The notes under the pieces: model-generated
The model's database searches: none
Told to the model about the DNA's origin: nothing
The model's input: the letters and a program-made list of their open reading frames with translations, nothing else
Made by a program: the position numbers and the translations under genes
Assembly: GCA_002269645.1 (NCBI GenBank)
Contig: NIVC01002033.1
Coordinates: 62,001 to 126,000 of the forward strand
Source: Macrostomum lignano
Taxonomy: Eukaryota
Direction: 5' to 3'
DNA: 64,000 nucleotides
Shown: positions 57,315 to 64,000 of the stretch, piece after piece
How the letters are laid out: every line of letters starts with the position of its first letter
How positions within the stretch are numbered: position 1 is the stretch's first letter

Positions 57315-58560
57315 ACCCAAGCATAAGTATAGGCTATCATCATGATTTACTTTTGATAGCTTCAGTGCTCAAGTGGCAAGACATTGCTTATTACTATAAT
57401 AGTAAAAAATAAATTCCAAAATGCTGTTACTAATGATTGAGGGGTTTCTAGCTTTTATTATAGTCTATCACAACTTAATATTGCATCATGTTTCTTTGCT
57501 TGCAATAGTGAGTAGCATGCTTTTACTTCTTGGGAATTCCTTCCCTTTTTTACTTGGCAGCCCTTTTATCTTACAAAATTACTTTATTTAATAATCATTG
57601 TTTAACTGGCAAAATGCCCTTTTTTACCAAATGGCTTTATTTTATAATCTTGCTTTATTTGACAAACACGCTTTAAACTCTTCAATTTTGCAAGCATACT
57701 TCTAATAACTAAGATAGTATAAAAGATATTTTAAGCATTTCAAAGTATTAAGGTTGAATTGGCAAACTCCAGATTCAAGCTTCTCTTGCTTTTGTATCCT
57801 ATATTTATATTAGTCAAATTTTCTAATTGGATCAATATCTACACCAATGAAATTGAGCATAGAAAAACAAAACTTTATCAAAACAAGTTATATAGGCCCT
57901 AGTAAAATAAAATTATTGTGCTAAAAATTACTCAATAAATAAATAGCTTTGGTGAGACTTTCAGTTAATATGTTTTTATCCTATAATATAGGCCTAGGCC
58001 TACAACTAAGTAAGTTACTTGTGACTCATAATTATGTTATATATAGACCTCAATATATACTTTGATTATGGGCAGTCATTATTTGCACACCGTGTAAATA
58101 TTGCCAATGTTATTTATATTATAATATAACTGAAATAAATAGCTTATAAATAGTTATCTTATCAGGGACTGCTCAATATTTGTCCTTGTATCTTTTATTT
58201 TTATAATGAGTTTTAGCTAACTAAAGCCAATAAATATAGTTAGGATTAGGATTTGGGTTACTAATACCATAGTATACATTTTTTATTTATTGTTTGCTAA
58301 TCTTTTTGAGGATAATTGGTTTTGGCAATAATTTTTATATGTAATTTATAGAATCTTAAAATCATATTAGGAGATTGTTTGTTTGTCTTGTCTAGACTAG
58401 GCCTATATATTGCAAGATATTTAGGGTCAAATAAGATCAAAATTTGTGCTGTATCTAACTAATATGTTTAAAGTTTATGTCATGATTAGTTTTTTAATTT
58501 TTGTCCTATATAAATTGGCAAAATTATCAAGATGAATAGATAGATAGACTAAGTAAATTT

Positions 58561-59135
58561 ATGAGGGGCGTCTAGAAAGTAGTGTTACTTTTGCTTGGTG
58601 TGGACGTATGGACAGTCACACTTGCATATGCTTGGTGTCATTTGAAAGTGGCAAGTCTCTTCTTTAAATGACACCAATTGCAAGAGATTTGAATCTGTGC
58701 TTCAAGAGATACGGACGATTAAGTAGAGAAAGGTCAGTCACAGACCTACAGAACCTCAAAAATGTCAACAGAAAACTTTTATCACGAGCGTAATTACTCC
58801 AGAAAAAACAAAAAACACAACAGTACAGTACAGAAGCAGGTGAAACAGATAACAAGCAAATTATCACACAAGTGAACAACATTAAAATCATTCATCGGTT
58901 GGCAGACTTGTCATCTTGCTGACAGCATGGTCGCCATGAGCTGTGCAAAGTTGCCTGTGGATGTCAGCCGATTTGGTTCCGGAGCTCCAAAGTGTAAAGA
59001 TGGCATGTCGCTGCCCAGTCTTTGAATGCACATCCATTTGCAGTTCACAATTGAAAATTGAATGTCAATAAACTTTGCAGGCGCAGCAGAAGCAGTTTTA
59101 CAAGTCTCGTAGTTTTATGAGACAGCCCCTCTCGT
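58561..59135 (-). mobile_element. Internally deleted mariner-type element relic
   Basis: Minus-strand 59037-58888 encodes MDVHSKTGQRHAIFTLWSSGTKSADIHRQLCTAHGDHAVSKMT..., which resembles the mariner N-terminal HTH. Ends TA|TGAGGGGCGTCTAGAAAGT and GTTTTATGAGACAGCCCCTCTCG are imperfect mariner-like TIRs. Confidence 0.65.
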
Positions 59136-59593
59136 TCACTGCATCACATTTGGCCATAGACAGCCCATGATTACGAAAAAGTCGATAAACTCGTAAAAGT
59201 TTTCTGTTGACATTTTTGGATGTGTTGTAAAATCAATATTGGGTCTATCCCAGTTCTAAAAAATATTGGAATTCACATCTAATATGCCTTTAAAGATAAA
59301 ATTTTTTATAATAACTCTATAAATAAACTATTAAAGTATATAGAAATGCATTAGAAACAATGATACACTTTACAAAAGCATAAGGAATAATATTATTAGC
59401 ATTAGGTAGGGTAGTAGAAATGAAATATTTTTTTCCAGTTTCATAGCTTTTGTTAAGAGAACTTTTAAGTCCATTGGGCTGGGAACTCAAACAGCAGAGA
59501 TTTTTTATTCTACATGCATATTTTTTGATTGAATACAAGTAATAAAAACGCTCTCAATTAAATTCTTCTGCGCCTGAAATACACTGAGCCAAA

Positions 59594-62500
59594 ATGCCAA
59601 CCAGCAGAGGCAGCGTCTGCGAAGATGAAGATGGCATTTCCCAGCCGCGTATTGTTGCCAATCGCTATGAAGTTGTCCGTCGCCTTGGCAACCTTGGATT
59701 GGATGGTGTGGCCTATCTGGTCCGGGATCTGCAGGCCGACAGCTGTCCGCTGCGCACCCTTAAAGAGATTCACGTTGGCCAGCTGTCGCCTTCTCAGCTG
59801 CGCCAGCTACTTGATGAAGCTGAGATGCTGAGCCAATTAAACCATCTGCTGTTGTCAACTCCGTTGGAAAGCTTTCTGGATGGCGAGTTTTATTGCTCGA
59901 TATCGCACTATTGGGAAGAGGGCGATCTTGGCCAGGTGTTAATCGCCTGCAAACAGGTGAGCAGAAATCAGCCCTCAAATCCTTATTGGCTGAACTGAAA
60001 TTCACGGGATTTTGTGTCAAAAATGGATAATTAAACTTTTGTGGCAGCTAAAATCATTTTTCGGGAGTTTTTTGTTACCTAGAGATCCCAATAGATTTAT
60101 GGGATGCTTTGGACAGACTTTAAAATCCTTATTAGTCCTAGTTGCACTTTAAAATGACTATTAATCTATGGGATATTGTTTACTTTAGTTTCCCTATAAA
60201 TTCATTAAAGGATTTGCACTTTAAGATCCCTATTCATATATTGAATCGTTTGCACCTTAAGATCCCAAATTATATATTGGATTTTTTGCACTTTAAGATT
60301 CCTTTGTATATATGGGATCCTTTGCACCTTAAGATCCCTAATTATATATTGGATTATTTGCACTTTAAGATTCCTTTGTATATATGGGATCCTTTGCACC
60401 TTAAGATCCCTAATTATATATTGGATTATTTGCACTTTAAGATTCCTTTGTATATGTTGGATCCTTTACACTTTAGGATCCCTATTAATTTATTAAATCC
60501 TTTGCACTTTAAGATCCTTAATAATCTATTTGATCCTTTGCACTTTAAGATCCCTAATAATATATTGGATCCTTTGCACTTTAAGATCCCTAATTATATA
60601 CTGTTCATTTGTACGTTAAGACCCCTATTCATATATTGGATCCTTTGCACTTAAGGCCCCTATTCATATATTGAATTCTTTGCACTTTAAGATCCCTAAT
60701 TATATATGGGATCCTTTGCACCTTAAGATCCCTAATTATATATGGGATCCTTTGCACTTTAAGATCCCTATTATTCAGTCAGTAGAATCCCAAATATATT
60801 ATGATCATATTCAACACCCGCCTATAGGCCGGTCGCTTTCTGCCGGAATCGCAAATTGCAGCCTGGTTTGTCCAGCTCTGCCTGGCCGTTCGCTATCTGC
60901 ACAGTCGCGGCATCATTCACCGCAATTTGAAATCTAGCAACGTGTTCTTAGATTCTGGCCGAATTCGAATTGGCGACCTCTGCCCGTCTCTGCTGATGCT
61001 CGGGCATCACAAAGCTACTACTTCGATTTTCTATGGTACTCCGCACTACACCAGCCCGGAGGTGCTGCGTCACGATGGCGTCACATCACAGTGCGACCTG
61101 TGGTCTATGGGCTGCATACTGTTCGAGATGTGCCACCTGCGCTATGCGTTCGACTCGCAGAGCATGATGGGCGTGGTGAGTGCAGTGTGGCAGTTTTGAT
61201 TTCGGGACTGTGAGATCCCGAAATTGCTGGGATATTTTCGGGACTGTGAGATCCCGAAATTGATGGGATTTTTCAGGACTGTGAGATCCCGAAATTGATG
61301 GGATATTTTCGGGACTGTAGGATCCAGAAATTATTGGAATATTTTAAGGACTGTAAGATCCCGAAATTGATTGGGATTTTTTCTGGACTGTAGTATCCTG
61401 ACATTATTGGAATATTTTAAGGACTGTAAGATCCCGAAATTGATTGGGATTTTTTCTGGACTGTAGTATCCCGAAATTATTGAGATTTTTTCGGAACTCT
61501 AGGATCCCGAAATTGATTGGGATATCCTAACAATTTTCGGGACTGTAGGATCCCACAACTGTTAGGATATTTTTGGGACCGAAGTATTGGGATTTTTAGA
61601 ACAGGATTCTAAGAATCGTGATTTTCATGGCTATTTGATTTGTATAAGCTTTGTCAATTTGACCTAGGAATAAAAAATGACGACCCCCCCAATCAACCCA
61701 AAGGTGTACAACGTTGTACGCGGTCGCAGCAACCCCCTGCCCAGCGGTCCCAGGCAGTACGGTCCCGAGCTGCTGTCCGCCATTGACGCCCTACTCCGCC
61801 CCGTGGCCGAAGATCGCGAGCGCTCCGCCAGCCTATTGGGCAGCAAATATTTTGGCCTACATTTGAACTCGCTGCGCAACCAGCTGCTGGCCAGCGATCC
61901 CGACATCTGCCGTGTACTCGCCCGGCGCGAGGCCGCCGCCCGTGCTGCCGAGGCTCGGGAACGCGCCGCTGAAGCGGCTCGCCTAGAAGAGGAGCGCCTG
62001 TTAGCCGAAGTCCGCGGCGGCCTCGGCGGTCGGCGACGCGGTGACGGCGGCGAAGATGCCGATTTCGACGGCGACGATAGCGACGGCCCGGGAGGTCCGC
62101 TGATCAATCAGCCGGGAGTTCAGCTGCCGTACAGCGGCAGAGGCGGCGTGTCGCTGACGCTGGCCTGCGAGGCCGACTGGGAGAGGCGAATGCGCGACCT
62201 GCTGGAGGCTGGCAGCGGCGGCAATCGCACCCGACAGGTCCGGAGCCGCTGCGCTCCAACAGTCGGCTTGTTGGCAACGCTGACGTGCCCGACGGTCAGG
62301 ACGCCATCAGCCGGTGCCTCTACGGCGGCGGCGGCGCTGGCGGCATTCGCGGCCTGTCTGCTGCTAGTAGCAGAAGCAACAATAGGCAGTGGCGGCGCGG
62401 TCAGTCCAGTCTGCACTATGACATCGGCTCGGTGCCGCTGCTGACCGCGGCTACGCCTAGAGACGGTCCGCGCCGAGTCGAACCCGGGACCTTGGGGCTG

Positions 62501-62950
62501 GGCTCCGCTGTAGCCAATGGCGACGCCACGGTTGGGCATGCCGATAATCAGGCCGACGATGAGATCAACTCCAACTCCGACGTTGATGTCGACGGCGACG
62601 ACGGAGACGAAGACGACGAAGAGACGGCGGCGGCGCTGCTGCCGCATCCGGGCGCCGATCTTGTCGAGCAGATTGACAATCTGGCCCCGCTGCCCTGCGT
62701 AGCCGACAGCGTCTGCTTCACGCCGGCTTCCAGAGCCGTTCGAATTGAAATGCTTCGCCGACAGGCCCTGGCCCGGCTGCCTAAGGAGACATTCGACCGG
62801 CTGGCCGAGTTTCTACGCGAAGCTCGTTCGACTGCAGGCTGGAAAGAGGCGGAACTGCAGGATCGTTTGGCTTCGATGCATCCTAGGCTAGCTGATTGTT
62901 TCCTAGTTGATCAGCTGGTGTTCTTGGAGGCTTGCCAACGTGAGGAATAA
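59594..62950 (+). CDS. NEK11: NIMA-related kinase NEK11-like protein with degenerate catalytic motifs (predicted pseudokinase)
   Basis: Exons 59594-59956, 60828-61175 and 61704-(62237?), then (62300?)-62950. Kinase fold: RYEVVRRLG, LKEI, E in helix C, WFVQL, HRNLKSSNVFL, GTPHYTSPE, DLWSMGC. The C-terminal block (MLRRQALARL...FDRLAEFLREAR...DCFLVDQLVFLE) resembles the NEK11 C-terminus. The symbol is a family-level call. Confidence 0.82.
60200..60772. repeat. AT-rich minisatellite (about 37 bp) in kinase intron 1
   Basis: Units TGCACTTTAAGATCCCTA..TATATTGGATCCTT. Confidence 0.88.
61198..61600. repeat. Degenerate minisatellite in kinase intron 2
   Basis: Units TTTCGGGACTGTGAGATCCCGAAATT..GGGATA; same core as 29135-29600, inverted. 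Confidence 0.85.
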
Positions 62951-64000
62951 TCAGAAACAAATTGTTACACATGCGCTATTGTGCTACTATAAGTAAATAA
63001 AACAAAAATTTTCCGATTTTTTTAGAAATTGCAAGAAATTGTGAACTTTAAACTTTTTTTTACTACTATTAGTAGGCGTATAAAATTCTTCTACTAATAA
63101 ACAAAATCTACAGTGTTTTTTCTTTATTTTCGTTCTGTATTTGAAAAACAGTTGCGCTTATTTTAGTTTAGTAGATCAAAACATTGTGTAGAATCTCTCT
63201 TTATTGCCCTTTTAAGAGCACTAACATCTTAACTATATCTGTGATTTTTTTCAATAAACTGCCGTCCTTGTGATAAAAAGTGGGGTTATTTTTTATTATT
63301 TCTACTCACCAGTAGGCTATCGAGAATCTCGCTCTTATTTTCTGTTTCTGCAGCAGTCCCGTCTTCCCGGCTAAAATTCGTGTCTCAGAAGTTTCCTGCT
63401 GCGTTAATTAACGAATTAATTTGTTATAAACTGATTTTAGAATCTCGCCTTAAATGAATTCCGTCTTTTTTGTCCGCTTTATTTTTATTACTATTTAAGT
63501 TTCAAAAATACATATATATTGTCTCAACTTTTTAGACTCAAGTGACTCCTGTTTTTTTCATTAATTCTCTTCTGACACCCTACAGGGCTTCTAGCCACAC
63601 TCAGTGAACAGATACAGTGAACAGATTTTCTGCAAGTAGTTGATGATGATGGAGCATCCCGTTAAAAAACGTTGCCATGATCAGAATTGCTAGGACAACT
63701 AGAAAGTTGGACTGCTGTAAGCCTAGGTGCTTTCTCAGTGGTTAGGGCTAGTTGCTAACTAACTGGCTATGTAACAGGTTAATTAAGCTTTTAGAGATTA
63801 AAATTGCTTGTATACCTTGTCTACCATTAGCAATTATCACTTGGCTTAATCCCTAGCACAATAGGGTGCTACTTGGGGCGTCTGTTAGGCAGTTTTGCAA
63901 AAGCAAAGGGTAAAATGCAGATGACAAGTTGAGCTCCAGCACTTAGCAGGCGGCTCTATAAGAGAATAGAGATATTAGCCGAGGCAACACACCAGCTGCT

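Noticed and set aside
52300-58500. Large AT-rich block as a Helitron or Polinton
   Set aside because: No Rep/helicase, polymerase or integrase ORF; only small degenerate inverted repeats (e.g. 55490-56330).

Overview
Eukaryotic (metazoan) genomic DNA. The GC-rich exons, introns filled with micro/minisatellites and gene content resemble a free-living flatworm such as Macrostomum; this is an inference only. Genes read by hand, with splice phases checked: V-ATPase subunit d (4 exons, +), HSBP1 (2 exons, -), a Cys-less 'Pro-loop' pentameric ligand-gated ion channel (5 or more exons, +), a secreted PAN/apple plus ALK/LTK-type glycine-rich protein (4 exons, +, one apparent frameshift), a single-exon orphan ORF with a PKI-like motif, a 124-aa secreted 6-Cys orphan (2 exons, -) and a NEK11-like kinase with degenerate catalytic motifs (+). 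Mobile DNA: two apparently nested hAT elements at the left edge (one nearly intact, with a single nonsense codon), two hAT MITEs with 8-bp TSDs, a 2.6-kb CCCGGGTAGCA-TIR element, other MITEs, two copies of a tRNA-derived SINE and a mariner relic. About 25 tandem arrays account for most long ORFs in the ORF track, which are artefacts. The best leads are the signal-peptide-less Cys-less channel (possible inverted topology), the NEK11 pseudokinase, the secreted orphans and the C/A-rich 3' splice sites.
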